From the IMG/VR virus record IMGVR_UViG_3300005288_000003, positions 33,841 through 97,840 of that record: a stretch of DNA of 64,000 nucleotides. The stretch is one strand, 5' to 3'. The translations under genes were made by a program, and so were the position numbers. How positions within the stretch are numbered: position 1 is the first letter of the stretch; every line of letters begins with the position of its first letter. This document shows, in pieces, positions 9,939 to 20,060 of this stretch. Under the pieces are notes generated by a model that searched no databases, was not told the DNA's origin, and worked only from the letters and a program-made list of their open reading frames with translations. This DNA is from a virus.

Positions 9939-11225
9939 TTAAACGGTTACAGTTCCACGGATTTTGACGAAGTGGATAGCACCAGCCAGACGTGCTTCGA
10001 ATGTGATGCCGTCGAAGATACGCTGCGCTCGCAGGTTAGCCGAAACAGACAGTACATCTGGAACAGTAACGATTGGAGCTGGGCTTTCGGCCAGACCACC
10101 TGCACGAATACCATCATTCAACTGGGCACGGATTTCGGCCTCGATGATTGCAGCACCGGCTGATGTGTAAGGGATTTTCTTGCTGTTTGCCATACGGAAC
10201 CACAGGCGTTCTTTCATGCGTTGTTCCAGCCAGTCAACGAAGACCATAACGTCGATCCACTCACCACCGAACATCTTACCGCCGATAGTTGTGTTCAGAC
10301 CACCAACAGTTTCGTAGGTGTTCCCGTTTTTGCCTTGGATGTGCTGTGCTTCGGTATCCGACAACTTGCTGACCGAGAAGCCGCTCAGTGTCTTATACGC
10401 CCATGTGTTCGAGCCCGGTTGTTCTTGCAGTTGGTATCCGACCCACGAGCATTCAGGGAACATTGTATCAGCGTCAGCCGACCATAGTCCGAATGTACGT
10501 TGGTATGTCAGAGCTTTCAACTTGCTGAATACATCGTCTGTAGCAGTTCCTTTGACATCTAGATCAGCAGATGAAGTACCGAATACTTTCTTCTGTGCTT
10601 CGATAACACCAGCTACGGCCAGTACATCAGCTTCGAGGTGAGATTCGATTGTCAGAGCATACCAAGTGTTGTTAGCACTTTGAACTGCTGAGATGGTGTC
10701 TGGCCAGCTTTCAGTAGATGGCTGCGAAGACTTGCTCAGGTTAGGTGAGACTTTCAACGACCAATCCACAGTCGAAGTGATTGTCAGAGTACCGTCGAGG
10801 TTGTCTACAACACTAACGCCAGTAACTGGAGTAACAGTGTAGGCTGCTTTCAAACCTGTAGCGATCTGAATAGCTGTGTCAAGTGCTGCTGCTGTGTACG
10901 AGATAGTTACGCCACTGATTGTCAGAGTGTAGCTAGTCGAAGCGATAACGCTTACCACGTTAACAGTTGCACCCGGAATCTGACGACGACCGATTACAAT
11001 GTTGGCAGGCTTGAGGGTTTGTCCGAACAGTTTGCTAGCCGCGATGTAAGCTGTGTCCGTCGAGGCGAAGTCATCAGCTACAGCAAGCAAGCTGCTGTAT
11101 ACACGGGCACGTTCAACAAAGTTGGTGTGTGCAGAAATGAATAGAGGGACGTTGAAATTGGTCTGAGCAACCGCAGCAGTTTCGCGGCTGATCTGGATGT
11201 CAATGATGTCCGTAAGTTGAGTCAT
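9939..11225 (-). CDS. Tail sheath protein (DUF3383-like)
   Basis: TWAYKTLSG, GEWIDVM, KIPYT, LAGAIHFV motifs. Confidence 0.9.
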   Translation of the reverse strand: MTQLTDIIDIQISRETAAVAQTNFNVPLFISAHTNFVERARVYSSLLAVADDFASTDTAYIAASKLFGQTLKPANIVIGRRQIPGATVNVVSVIASTSYTLTISGVTISYTAAALDTAIQIATGLKAAYTVTPVTGVSVVDNLDGTLTITSTVDWSLKVSPNLSKSSQPSTESWPDTISAVQSANNTWYALTIESHLEADVLAVAGVIEAQKKVFGTSSADLDVKGTATDDVFSKLKALTYQRTFGLWSADADTMFPECSWVGYQLQEQPGSNTWAYKTLSGFSVSKLSDTEAQHIQGKNGNTYETVGGLNTTIGGKMFGGEWIDVMVFVDWLEQRMKERLWFRMANSKKIPYTSAGAAIIEAEIRAQLNDGIRAGGLAESPAPIVTVPDVLSVSANLRAQRIFDGITFEARLAGAIHFVKIRGTVTV

Positions 11226-11239
11226 GTTGATGCTCCTGA

Positions 11240-11818
11240 TTATGGATTAGGGTTTGTTGTAACGTCAATGTCATTGATGATGATATGATCCGGTTCTCGC
11301 CCAGCATCATGGTAGATGCCTGTAAGTCCAGTGAACTCAATCCAGTCAATGTCATCTACTGTCATCGAGCAGTATGCGAATGTCACGTCCAGTTGATAGA
11401 CCATGTACATATCTGTTTCGCGTCTGACGGGCAGCCGTCTTGCTGACATCTTCTTGTGCAAAGACAAGTTGTTCAGCTTCATCAGCTCAAACCCTTTCGG
11501 GGTTCTCATTGCTAACTCAAGTTGCTGTGCCATTTCCGCAGTTGTAGTGTTTGCATCATACTTCCCATGGAACTCGAACCTGACTTGCGTCAAACTGTCC
11601 TGAATGGTTGTAGTGATGGCATCGCCTGTGAGCGGGTTGATCTTCCCAAGGTGGGATGTGTATTGCTGTCCAATGACATCAAGCTTTCGCACGTTAATTA
11701 CGCAATAAGGCGTCGTGGGTTCAGGGCCGTTGGTGTATGCAAAGATCGTTGTCCACGTAGGGAACAATCCATTCACAAGTTTGTATAGAGCGTCTTCGAG
11801 GTCTTGATAGATGTTCAT
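11240..11818 (-). CDS. Tail terminator / neck protein
   Basis: Start MNIYQ; position before sheath. Confidence 0.65.
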   Translation of the reverse strand: MNIYQDLEDALYKLVNGLFPTWTTIFAYTNGPEPTTPYCVINVRKLDVIGQQYTSHLGKINPLTGDAITTTIQDSLTQVRFEFHGKYDANTTTAEMAQQLELAMRTPKGFELMKLNNLSLHKKMSARRLPVRRETDMYMVYQLDVTFAYCSMTVDDIDWIEFTGLTGIYHDAGREPDHIIINDIDVTTNPNP

Positions 11819-12183
11819 GTCAGTTCCACCCGCATGCAAATTGCTTTGTAGTGGTTAAGGACACCCATCGCGTAGTTGATGACTTTCATCACCTCGTATT
11901 TATCGCCTTGCCAAATGAACTGGTCAGCAGCGTGACCGTTTGGCCCCTCTTTCAGTTCGAACAGTTCAGTCCCTTTAGTGTAAATCTTCAAGCAGGCTTT
12001 CGATCTGTCCGACTCTGGAAGTAGGATGGTGTCGGATGATTTCAACACCGGCTGTACGTTGCATACAACCTGAACAAGCGAATCAGTACCGGGGACAGGA
12101 CGACCGTTGACATACGTCGTAGATGTTCTGCGGGTAATGTCGAGTGTTACTCGCCCGGTAGAGAGCAATGGTGGGTAAAGCAT
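11815..12183 (-). CDS. Head closure / head-tail adaptor
   Basis: VQP...LLPESDR...DQFIWQGDKYEV pattern. Confidence 0.7.
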   Translation of the reverse strand: MLYPPLLSTGRVTLDITRRTSTTYVNGRPVPGTDSLVQVVCNVQPVLKSSDTILLPESDRSKACLKIYTKGTELFELKEGPNGHAADQFIWQGDKYEVMKVINYAMGVLNHYKAICMRVELT

Positions 12184-12193
12184 GGTATCACTC

Positions 12194-12658
12194 CTATCGG
12201 TGGATTTGGAACTTGACCGAATTCATCATGAACTCTGTGTCTCGTAGTGGCGTGTTACGTCCACCTTTCTTCTCGATAGTCTTCGGAGAGTTGCTACCGG
12301 GATAGTTGAGGATCGTTGTTTTCATTTGCTCGGCAACACCGTCACCAAGTTGTTGAAGCAATCTTTGAATTGCACGACCGTTAGTCAATGCACTCTCGAA
12401 GATGGCCTTCATCATGCTAGTCATGTGCTTCTGTGTTGAGGCAGCCATGAAAGTCTCTTCCATAAATGGTCGAGTTGGGTTATGTACAGTACCGAATTCG
12501 TTGTAGTAGGCAACTTGAGCGACAGGCAGGTTATCATTCTCAGGACCGTATCTGTCTTCCTCAAAGAAACCGATATCGACTTCCGTACCATTTAATTGGG
12601 CCAGCCGCTTTTGCAGGGCTGGAAGCTTTCGAGTTTCTACTTTAAAAGTAAAGCCCAT
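12194..12658 (-). CDS. Neck / tail completion protein
   Basis: Start MGFTFK after AGGAG; NEFGT...PTRPFM...NSPKTI...PLRDT. Confidence 0.7.
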   Translation of the reverse strand: MGFTFKVETRKLPALQKRLAQLNGTEVDIGFFEEDRYGPENDNLPVAQVAYYNEFGTVHNPTRPFMEETFMAASTQKHMTSMMKAIFESALTNGRAIQRLLQQLGDGVAEQMKTTILNYPGSNSPKTIEKKGGRNTPLRDTEFMMNSVKFQIHR

Positions 12659-13097
12659 TGCAGGCTCCTTCGCAGTTTCCCGAAAGCAGGATGTTTCGTT
12701 GTTCGATCTTGTAGACACCAATTCCAATACGGAAGTTGTCAGGATCGTTTCTGTTAGCTAGCATGTCTGAACGAGAGATACCACCAGCATATGGAACAGC
12801 TAGGCTGATCGCAATGTTCGGGTCTTTCAGAATCAGTTGCAATGCTTTCATGTAGTTGCTGAACCAGTCACCACCATAGACTTCAATGTCTCCAGTGCGT
12901 TCACGGGTCATGCGAGTTAGTTTGAACAGGATGGCCCGTACAGCATCCATCGTTGCTCTGTTCTCATTCCCGTTGGCTGCGTCCAAGAAGTATTGGTAAT
13001 CAGCATCCGTCAGGTATTCGATGTCATCCCAAATATCTCCGACATTCAAACGAATGCGGTCAACTGGGTTGTTCTGTGGATCGCCTGTATATGGCAT
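12642..13097 (-). CDS. Head-tail connector
   Basis: YTGDP...DRIRLNVGD motif; follows capsid gene. Confidence 0.7.
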   Translation of the reverse strand: MPYTGDPQNNPVDRIRLNVGDIWDDIEYLTDADYQYFLDAANGNENRATMDAVRAILFKLTRMTRERTGDIEVYGGDWFSNYMKALQLILKDPNIAISLAVPYAGGISRSDMLANRNDPDNFRIGIGVYKIEQRNILLSGNCEGACNGLYF

Positions 13098-13117
13098 GGT
13101 GTTCTCCTAAAACAATG

Positions 13118-13141
13118 AAGGGGCGCTACAAGAGCGCCCCG
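13118..13141 (-). terminator. Terminator after major capsid gene
   Basis: GGGGCGCT/AGCGCCCC hairpin. Confidence 0.65.
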
Positions 13142-13146
13142 TTCAA

Positions 13147-14205
13147 TTAGGCACCAACGATACCCTTAACGATCAACTGTGGGCGACGTAGGACGCTCAG
13201 GAAGTTGGACTCGGTTTGGATTTCGATCATTTGACCACGACCGTCACCGTATTCAAAGGCGTACATTTCTTGCCCTTGGGTGTTGATGAAGTCGAAGTGA
13301 TCCGCTGGAGCGTGGTAAGTAACGAAGTTGTCGCTCGAACCTTGGTTGCTTGGCAGGAAGTAGCACTCGCCAACTGGGATGTAACGCACGCCATCTGGAC
13401 CAACACCACGGTATTCCACGTAGGTGATGTTCGCGATAGTGAACTCACGGTAGCGGTCGTCGTAGCCATTGGCTTTCAGACGATCTTTCAGGATTTGTGG
13501 CGATTGCTGGTGAGCAAGGTACAAAGCCTTCATGGTTGGGTGGCCGATCAACTTCGAGAAGAACTCTGGCGAAGCGATAGCGTAGATGTCACCACGGATT
13601 GAACCGTCGTGTGCGTTGTCCTGAATCGCAGCGAAGACTTGTTCGGTCTTGGCGATGATGTCAGTTGTTGCTGTGTTCAGTTCGAAGTCAACAGTTGTAC
13701 GTGTTGCACCGAATTGAGTGTACCAGTCGTAAGTGACTGTGCCGTTTGGAGCGTAGGCAGTACCAGTTGTGATGGTGTGCCAGATAGCTTTTTCTTTTGT
13801 AGCCGACCAGCTTTGACGGATGGTTTCCAGTTTACGGGCACGAACTGCTGCCAGTGTTTCCAGAACGTCTTGACCGAACGCACGCTTACCTTGGATGTCA
13901 CGCGGGGTGATAGCATCGTCAAGTGTGAAGTGTGGAACAGCAAAGCTCATCATACGACGGCTGTGGTCTGCCGACACTTGGTGACGTTGGCCACGGTGTA
14001 CGTCAGTTACCAGACCGAAGCCCTTGGTGATTTCTTCCAGAGTGATCGACTCTTGGTTAGTCGTATCCATGTTGAAGATACCGAGTTGTTGGCCCAGTCC
14101 CCAAACGTTCGGGATGATCATCAGTGGAGCTGTCAGGTCGGTGTATTCGTAGTTGTCGCCATTGAAGCTACGAACTGCGGCCTTAGCGATTTGAACTTGA
14201 GACAT
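13147..14205 (-). CDS. Major capsid protein (lambda gpE-like)
   Basis: 352 aa; IQGKRAFG and IQTESNFLSVLRRPQL. Confidence 0.9.
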   Translation of the reverse strand: MSQVQIAKAAVRSFNGDNYEYTDLTAPLMIIPNVWGLGQQLGIFNMDTTNQESITLEEITKGFGLVTDVHRGQRHQVSADHSRRMMSFAVPHFTLDDAITPRDIQGKRAFGQDVLETLAAVRARKLETIRQSWSATKEKAIWHTITTGTAYAPNGTVTYDWYTQFGATRTTVDFELNTATTDIIAKTEQVFAAIQDNAHDGSIRGDIYAIASPEFFSKLIGHPTMKALYLAHQQSPQILKDRLKANGYDDRYREFTIANITYVEYRGVGPDGVRYIPVGECYFLPSNQGSSDNFVTYHAPADHFDFINTQGQEMYAFEYGDGRGQMIEIQTESNFLSVLRRPQLIVKGIVGA

Positions 14206-14221
14206 TTATATGCTCCTTGAA

Positions 14222-14605
14222 TTAGTGGATTGCAACGTCGATTTGATCGACAGCGAAGATTTGCAGGGTAGCCAGCTTGGTGAAAGCCGTTGCCTTGTTG
14301 GCGTCCGATACACCAGCTCCGAATACCAAAGCACGCTTACCAACTTTCGCTTTACCGCGAGCCAGTAGCAAGGCTTTGCTGAATTCAGCAGCAGATGGAC
14401 GAGTCAGGTCGTCGATCAGAATGTAAGTTGCGTCACCTACAGTTGCAGGAACAACCAGTTGGAAGGCGCTGTCCAATACCGAACCAGTGAGGGTGGCGTT
14501 GGTTTGTGACTTGTTGATCACTTCGCGAGTAGTACCGCTGTCAGGGAATTCTTCCCATTTCAGCCAGTTGCTCAGACGCTGAGTGTCAGATGCGTAAATA
14601 GCCAT
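14222..14605 (-). CDS. Head decoration protein
   Basis: 127 aa directly upstream of MCP. Confidence 0.7.
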   Translation of the reverse strand: MAIYASDTQRLSNWLKWEEFPDSGTTREVINKSQTNATLTGSVLDSAFQLVVPATVGDATYILIDDLTRPSAAEFSKALLLARGKAKVGKRALVFGAGVSDANKATAFTKLATLQIFAVDQIDVAIH

Positions 14606-14624
14606 TGTTTATTCTCCGTAGAAA

Positions 14625-15509
14625 TTATTTGCCGTATTTGGCTTTGAGGATGCGAGTTGTTGCGTCAACTTCATCGGCAGTTTTTGCACCGTCACCAGCA
14701 ACGCCAGCTTCGTTAAACATTTCCGACTCGGATTCAGCAGCTTTTTGTACAGCGAAAGTTTCAACAACAGCAGCGAATGCTTCTGCGTCCAATGGAGCCA
14801 GAGACTTCATCAGTGCTTCAACTTTGTCAGCAGCGACTACAGCAGCTAGTGCTTCTTGACGTGATTTTTGAACAGCGGCAACAGCAGCAGTTTCGAATTC
14901 AGCAAGTTTGGCTTCGGCAGCTTTCAGCACTTCTGCTTGAGCGTCCAGCGACTTCTGTACTTCGGCAACAGCATCAGCCACAGCTTTGGTCACGAATTCT
15001 TCGTGAGCCGATTTCAGGATGGTTTCCAAGGGAGTGTCCTCTTGTTCGATTTGGGTTTGTTCTGGAAGAGCAGCGAACGCTTTCTCCAGCATTTCTTGAT
15101 CAGCCATAAGGGCCAGATGTTGTTCTGGAGTCAGAGCTGCAAGAGCCTTCTCCACGTCTTGAGCTTTGTATACCGATTTCATAATGCTGATGGATTCAAC
15201 ACGAGAGTCGATGTAATCTTTCTCGTTGGTATCAGGATACTCGGTGCGGCCATAGCCCATAACAGCAGAAAGAACTTCTGCATCATCCCAGTAGAGTCCG
15301 AAGAACTTACGAAGGAATTCAGGGAATTGCATTTCGACAGTAACCGATGTGGCCTTGTCTACTTGCTCTTGTGTAATGTCGAATGTCGCTTTGGTGATAA
15401 GAGTTGTGATCCCATTGGCTGGGCCACCTTGGTGCTTACCGACCAGAGCTACGTGAGCGCCTTCGTGTTCGAACTTGATGTCCGTTAGGCGACGTGTGGC
15501 TTTTGTCAT
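14625..15509 (-). CDS. Scaffolding / head maturation protein
   Basis: HVALVG...GPANG N-terminus; Ala/Glu coiled-coil C-terminus. Confidence 0.65.
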   Translation of the reverse strand: MTKATRRLTDIKFEHEGAHVALVGKHQGGPANGITTLITKATFDITQEQVDKATSVTVEMQFPEFLRKFFGLYWDDAEVLSAVMGYGRTEYPDTNEKDYIDSRVESISIMKSVYKAQDVEKALAALTPEQHLALMADQEMLEKAFAALPEQTQIEQEDTPLETILKSAHEEFVTKAVADAVAEVQKSLDAQAEVLKAAEAKLAEFETAAVAAVQKSRQEALAAVVAADKVEALMKSLAPLDAEAFAAVVETFAVQKAAESESEMFNEAGVAGDGAKTADEVDATTRILKAKYGK

Positions 15510-15967
15510 TCTGTAAGTTCCTCTACGGTTGCCATAGCGCCAATAGAGACGCCATTGATATCACCTGTCTTCACACCTTCCCACATAGCATCAGAGGCTT
15601 CTGTACCTTCGGGGAAGTGCCACCATTGCAGCCATGTACCCTTCTGTACAGTCACTCCGTTATCCAGATTGAAAGTTGCAGGGGCGATGAACGATTGAAC
15701 AATGTCAGCAGATTGTGTTTCGATCTGGTGGAAAAGGTTAGCTACTTGACAGTGTGTGTTGAAGTTGTTGCAAGCCTTCTCTACTTCGACTGCGGTATAT
15801 GTATCACCGTGCAAGTCTACAGTGTCAGGCTCCAACACAACAAAGAGCGCCATGCGCTTTTCATCATCAAGTGCTTTTGTAACTTCTACTTGAGGCTCTT
15901 CTTTGGCTGAACCGCCGAAGTGCTTCTCAATGAGGGCTGCGATGCCCTCAATAAGTGCGTTGCTCAT
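15506..15967 (-). CDS. XkdF-like prohead protease
   Basis: VLEPDTVDLHGD, NLFHQ, VKTGDINGVSIG motifs. Confidence 0.75.
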   Translation of the reverse strand: MSNALIEGIAALIEKHFGGSAKEEPQVEVTKALDDEKRMALFVVLEPDTVDLHGDTYTAVEVEKACNNFNTHCQVANLFHQIETQSADIVQSFIAPATFNLDNGVTVQKGTWLQWWHFPEGTEASDAMWEGVKTGDINGVSIGAMATVEELTE

Positions 15968-15975
15968 GATAACTC

Positions 15976-17418
15976 CTATGCGTTATTCGCGGCAGAGTTA
16001 TCTCGGCCACTAGCTGTTTTGGATGCACCATTACCAATTCCGGCTTGTCCAGCTTGGCTTTGTCCGCCCATGATTTCATCTTCCTTTACAGGAGCGTCAT
16101 CAGGACGACGAACGATCTTGAGACTATCGCGAATCTTGTTCATAACAGGACGGTCGCGTTCAAGACCACCAACACTGCCAATACGTTGAATGGCTTTGGA
16201 GAACTCATCAAGGTCAACTTCGTCAAGATCACCGTAGACTAGCTTTGGAAGCTTAACGTCTGGAGATACACCGTTCATTGCGAACAGTTGTTTAACGAGG
16301 TCGTTGTTCAGCACATCTTGGATTTCTTGTAGGCGGGCTTCGATAGCCATCGCCATGATGTTTGTTTTTGCACCAGCCAGAGAGTAAGAACCAACTTGGT
16401 CTTGACCCATCTTCAACATGTCAGCAAACAAGACCATTAGGATTTTGTTGTCCCAACGCTTGATGATTGCGTCCGTGTCGTACATCTTCCCGCCCATAGT
16501 CGAAGTTAGTTCGAACTTGAACAGAGGTTGACGTGAATCAGGATCGAATGCTTGGGGAAGGATCAAACCACTTTGTTCGTTCATCTGGATATTCCGAATG
16601 ACGTTCTTGTAGTATTCGTAGATCGCTTTCTCAGCGTCAGTTGCGTCTGCACTCATGTAACGTGGCGGAAGATACAGGGTTGGCATACCGTTCATGTCAC
16701 GGGTCACACCAACTGCTTCCTGTTCTTCGATCAGGGTACGATATTTCCAAGCGTGGTATGCAGCACGGAGAGGACTATTTCCTTCCGGGTTGTCACGCTT
16801 TACATCGACTCTGAAATGCAGGAATTTCTTGCGAGGGATGTCAATTGTTCCCGTTGCGTTCAGTAGCTTGGCATAACGGTCTGTACCGTCTGTGATGCAC
16901 GCTAAGCTCTGCTGGACACCGATAAGGTCACGCCCGTCATCCGAGTATAGCCATTTGTTTACCGTTGCCTGTGAGCGAACTGGGAGCTTCTTGAAGCCTA
17001 CCTTGTTGTCGTTGTATTGGGAGCCATTGTCCCATGTGCGACGGCGGTAGACTTTCTCGTTAATGCAATACCCGTAGGTAAATGCACTGGTAACTTCTTG
17101 GATGAAAGATCGCCAACTGTGATCCATGTCGTGCATGGCTTCTTCGAGGAATTTGGCATTGGCTTTCATTTCAGCGGATGGGTCGATTCCAGTATCAACG
17201 ATCCATTCAACGCGGCTCACCATCATTTCGAACAACGAAAGAGCGGCTGCGATTGTGGCATCTTGTGCCATAAGTTGGAAAGTTCTGTTGGCTTCGGGGA
17301 AGCGAAGTTCTTTACGAGCTTCTTCCTGAATTCGACCACCGTGTTGTTTGAGTCCTACGACACCCAACTCACCCAGTCGAAGACGGGGGATAGATGCCTT
17401 TTCGATAACTTCGGTCAT
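15976..17418 (-). CDS. Portal protein
   Basis: 480 aa after TerL; NPEGNSPLR and GSYSLA motifs. Confidence 0.9.
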   Translation of the reverse strand: MTEVIEKASIPRLRLGELGVVGLKQHGGRIQEEARKELRFPEANRTFQLMAQDATIAAALSLFEMMVSRVEWIVDTGIDPSAEMKANAKFLEEAMHDMDHSWRSFIQEVTSAFTYGYCINEKVYRRRTWDNGSQYNDNKVGFKKLPVRSQATVNKWLYSDDGRDLIGVQQSLACITDGTDRYAKLLNATGTIDIPRKKFLHFRVDVKRDNPEGNSPLRAAYHAWKYRTLIEEQEAVGVTRDMNGMPTLYLPPRYMSADATDAEKAIYEYYKNVIRNIQMNEQSGLILPQAFDPDSRQPLFKFELTSTMGGKMYDTDAIIKRWDNKILMVLFADMLKMGQDQVGSYSLAGAKTNIMAMAIEARLQEIQDVLNNDLVKQLFAMNGVSPDVKLPKLVYGDLDEVDLDEFSKAIQRIGSVGGLERDRPVMNKIRDSLKIVRRPDDAPVKEDEIMGGQSQAGQAGIGNGASKTASGRDNSAANNA

Positions 17419-17427
17419 GGCCTCGCC

Positions 17428-18903
17428 TTAATAAAGTCTGAATGGGTTCGTCTGTGTCATCACTGGAACAGTGAAGTCAGGCAAGTGAATGTCTGTAGAC
17501 AAGTTGTTGAATGCGTCCGATGTGGCGTCCACCATGTCGTCTTTGATGTTGCGAGAACCGTCAAAGCGAACTAGCTCAGAAATGTAATCTCCGTTCCATT
17601 CTCCAACTACCATCTGCACGCCACCAGCTTCTGCAACAGCAGCGAAGGGAGCGAATCGGGTAACTTTGGATTTGTTGGTGGCTTTCATTCGAGCGTAATA
17701 GCCATAGTCGGCCAAGTCTCGAATCAACTGGGCAGCATAAGCTTTACCAGCAGCACCGGGGTCTTGCGGAATGATGATAGTTACATCGTCGCCATCTTGT
17801 TTGGCAGTTTCAAGGATGAGGTCGAATACGCCGCCATGCCTGCGTCTGTCACGCACCACATGTTCGATGGTATACATACCGGATCGATCTTTCGACATCA
17901 ATACACCAGCAGTCCAGTCGGGCTCAGGGTTCGTGTCGGAAGGCATTGTACCGCTAATGTCCCAAGCTCTTACACGCTTACCTGCGTTCAGGGGCGGCAT
18001 TGGAATCTTGTGAACCCACTCTTCTTTGAAGTATCCGCTACCTTCTTCTCGGGCAAGCCAACTACCGTGAAGTAGACGTGCTTTCTCTACACGACCCAAA
18101 CCTTTGAGCATCGCAACATAGCCGGGATCGGCTTTGCACAATACAGGGTTGTCGTATACGTTACCTGAAATGAAGCAGAAACTAAGAGGTTGACATTGAT
18201 CGTGGTGATCGACTGGAAGGCCGGGAGTGTGATACTTCTCATACACTTCTTCCCATGAAGCACCCCAGTGCATCTTGTCGTTCAAACGGACAAACCATCT
18301 TGTAACGCCGTCACGTTCGGGGATTGGAATTCCAGTATCTGGATCAAGCCACCATTCGAGCCAATGACGCAAGAAGCTGTCATAGTCCGGGTTACATGTG
18401 ATTTTCATGTGTGGTTTTACGGAACAAGCCGGGTTACGCATACGAGATAGCAAGTATACGACCATAGCTTCTTCGAATTGTTGTCCTTCGTCAACGAGGA
18501 ACTTACTTACCTCCCAACCTTGGAAGTTGTCCTTGGCTTTGAGGTCTTGGAAGTGACGGAGGAATACCTTAGCTCCGCTAGAGAAAGCGAAGTGGTCTTG
18601 TTTTGCTCTCCACTTAACCTTCGGATCAATCAACGAGAAAAGAGCCATTGCTTTTTCTAGAAGACCACCGGGGCCAGTGAGTTGTGGGGTTGTTCTACGA
18701 ACGAGAACGCCACGGAAATTTGGATCGTGGACATGTTTCAGAAAGTCCATTACGCCTAAGTAGGATTTACCTGCCCCAGCCGCTCCACCAAATACAGTGA
18801 TGTTTGCGTCTGCGTGCATGAAGTCATATTGCTTTGGTGACTTTGGCCCGATGATGTTTGGGTTCAAATCGAATACTGGATATTCTTTTGGCTTGAGAAC
18901 CAT
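17428..18903 (-). CDS. terL: Terminase large subunit
   Basis: Walker A GGAAGAGKS, Walker B FLVDE, RAWD and DDMVDA nuclease motifs. Confidence 0.95.
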   Translation of the reverse strand: MVLKPKEYPVFDLNPNIIGPKSPKQYDFMHADANITVFGGAAGAGKSYLGVMDFLKHVHDPNFRGVLVRRTTPQLTGPGGLLEKAMALFSLIDPKVKWRAKQDHFAFSSGAKVFLRHFQDLKAKDNFQGWEVSKFLVDEGQQFEEAMVVYLLSRMRNPACSVKPHMKITCNPDYDSFLRHWLEWWLDPDTGIPIPERDGVTRWFVRLNDKMHWGASWEEVYEKYHTPGLPVDHHDQCQPLSFCFISGNVYDNPVLCKADPGYVAMLKGLGRVEKARLLHGSWLAREEGSGYFKEEWVHKIPMPPLNAGKRVRAWDISGTMPSDTNPEPDWTAGVLMSKDRSGMYTIEHVVRDRRRHGGVFDLILETAKQDGDDVTIIIPQDPGAAGKAYAAQLIRDLADYGYYARMKATNKSKVTRFAPFAAVAEAGGVQMVVGEWNGDYISELVRFDGSRNIKDDMVDATSDAFNNLSTDIHLPDFTVPVMTQTNPFRLY

Positions 18904-18952
18904 CGTGCCTCCTTGCTGTAAGGTTAATGGGAATGTCCCGCTTTATGTGAGT

Positions 18953-18980
18953 AGTATAACCCGGAAGTTGAGTTTGTCAA
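18953..18980 (-). promoter_or_regulatory. sigma70-type promoter upstream of terL
   Basis: TTGACA-N16-TATACT. Confidence 0.7.
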
Positions 18981-19012
18981 CCCCCGAGTGTAACATTTAT
19001 CCAATCAGACTG

Positions 19013-19225
19013 TCAAGCCTTCAATGCAGCAATAATTGCGTTAATAGCAACCTTGTTTGCATTCGCCAAAGCTTGTGCCGTTGGTAGGTCAGTAGCGTTC
19101 GCAGTTGTAACTGGAGTTAGGGCAGCAACAGCAGCAGCCACTCCAGAGTCGATGAACGCTCCAGCTTTGATACCTTCAAGCAGTCCAAGTTGTGCAACCA
19201 GTGCGTATTGTTCCGATGTAGTCAT
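19013..19225 (-). CDS. Small Ala-rich protein, head-fibre-like
   Basis: Start MTTSEQ; ATDLPTAQALANANKVAINAIIAALKA tail. Confidence 0.55.
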   Translation of the reverse strand: MTTSEQYALVAQLGLLEGIKAGAFIDSGVAAAVAALTPVTTANATDLPTAQALANANKVAINAIIAALKA

Positions 19226-19275
19226 TTTGATTTCCTTGAGTTGAGTGTGCCGTGATGGCAAATTGTAGAAACGAG

Positions 19276-19296
19276 AAAACCCACGCGAGGTGGGTT
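19276..19296 (-). terminator. Terminator closing the tRNA array
   Basis: AACCCAC-CTCGC-GTGGGTT followed by T-rich tail. Confidence 0.7.
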
Positions 19297-19362
19297 ATCT
19301 TGACAAGACGTATCGGCTAAGGTAGCTCTTGGCTACATGCGAGTGCTCCGATTGTCTATGTT

Positions 19363-19434
19363 TGGAGCAGAATGTCAGAATCGAACTGACCTCATCAGCT
19401 TGGAAGGCTGGGCGCTCACCTTGAGCAATCCTGC
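19363..19434 (-). tRNA. tRNA-Gly(TCC)
   Basis: Acceptor GCAGGAT/ATTCTGC, loop CT-TCC-AA, GTTCGATT, TCCA end. Confidence 0.85.
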
Positions 19435-19788
19435 ATGAATTTCTCTATGACAGTTGGCACAGACCAGAATACACTTATCAACTTCTGCTAGCATCCTTTC
19501 GACGGTAGAGTAGTTGTTGATCAGACTCGATGGTTTGTTCTCTTTAACAGACGGGTCTACATGATGGAACTCCAGAGCCGCACTGCACTTATCGTATCCA
19601 CAGATAGAACAACTATCTCCGAACAGCTCGTACAGAATGCGACGCTTTTCTTCCACAAAAGAACGTCTGTTGTTTTCCTCGCAAGGTATGCACAAAGGTT
19701 TGTACTTTTGCTTACCGGAGGTTTGTTTGCCATTTGTATAGAACTCTGTCAAAGGTTTCACATCGAGGCAGGTTTTACACTGCTTCAT
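19375..19788 (-). CDS. HNH endonuclease with Zn ribbons; 3' end overlaps tRNA-Gly
   Basis: CxxC pairs, LEFHHVDP, CILVCANCHREIH; start MKQCKTC after GAGG. Confidence 0.85.
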   Translation of the reverse strand: MKQCKTCLDVKPLTEFYTNGKQTSGKQKYKPLCIPCEENNRRSFVEEKRRILYELFGDSCSICGYDKCSAALEFHHVDPSVKENKPSSLINNYSTVERMLAEVDKCILVCANCHREIHAGLLKVSAQPSKLMRSVRF

Positions 19789-19812
19789 GTTTACCTCATT
19801 CAGTTTGTAATT

Positions 19813-19889
19813 TGGTGGGGCCGGAACGAATCGAACGTTCGACCTGTGGGGTTTCAAGCCACCGCTCTAACCTACTGAGCTACAACCCC
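19813..19889 (-). tRNA. tRNA-Phe(GAA)
   Basis: Cloverleaf; loop TT-GAA-AC; ACCA end. Confidence 0.85.
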
Positions 19890-19894
19890 TTGTG

Positions 19895-19970
19895 TGGAGC
19901 CATCTATGGGAGTTGAACCCATCTATTACTGGTTTGCAATCAGCACCCTAGCCGCTCAGGCAAGATGGAC
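19895..19970 (-). tRNA. tRNA-Cys(GCA)
   Basis: Loop TT-GCA-AA; U discriminator; CCA. Confidence 0.85.
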
Positions 19971-19976
19971 ATAATT

Positions 19977-20053
19977 TGGTGGATACAGGTGGGGATCGAA
20001 CCCACGACATCCGCATTGCAAGTGCGGCGCTCTCCCATCTGAGCTACTGACCC
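19977..20053 (-). tRNA. tRNA-Ala(TGC)
   Basis: CCGCA-CT-TGC-AA-TGCGG; G3:U70; bulged acceptor stem. Confidence 0.9.
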
Positions 20054-20060
20054 ATGTGTT

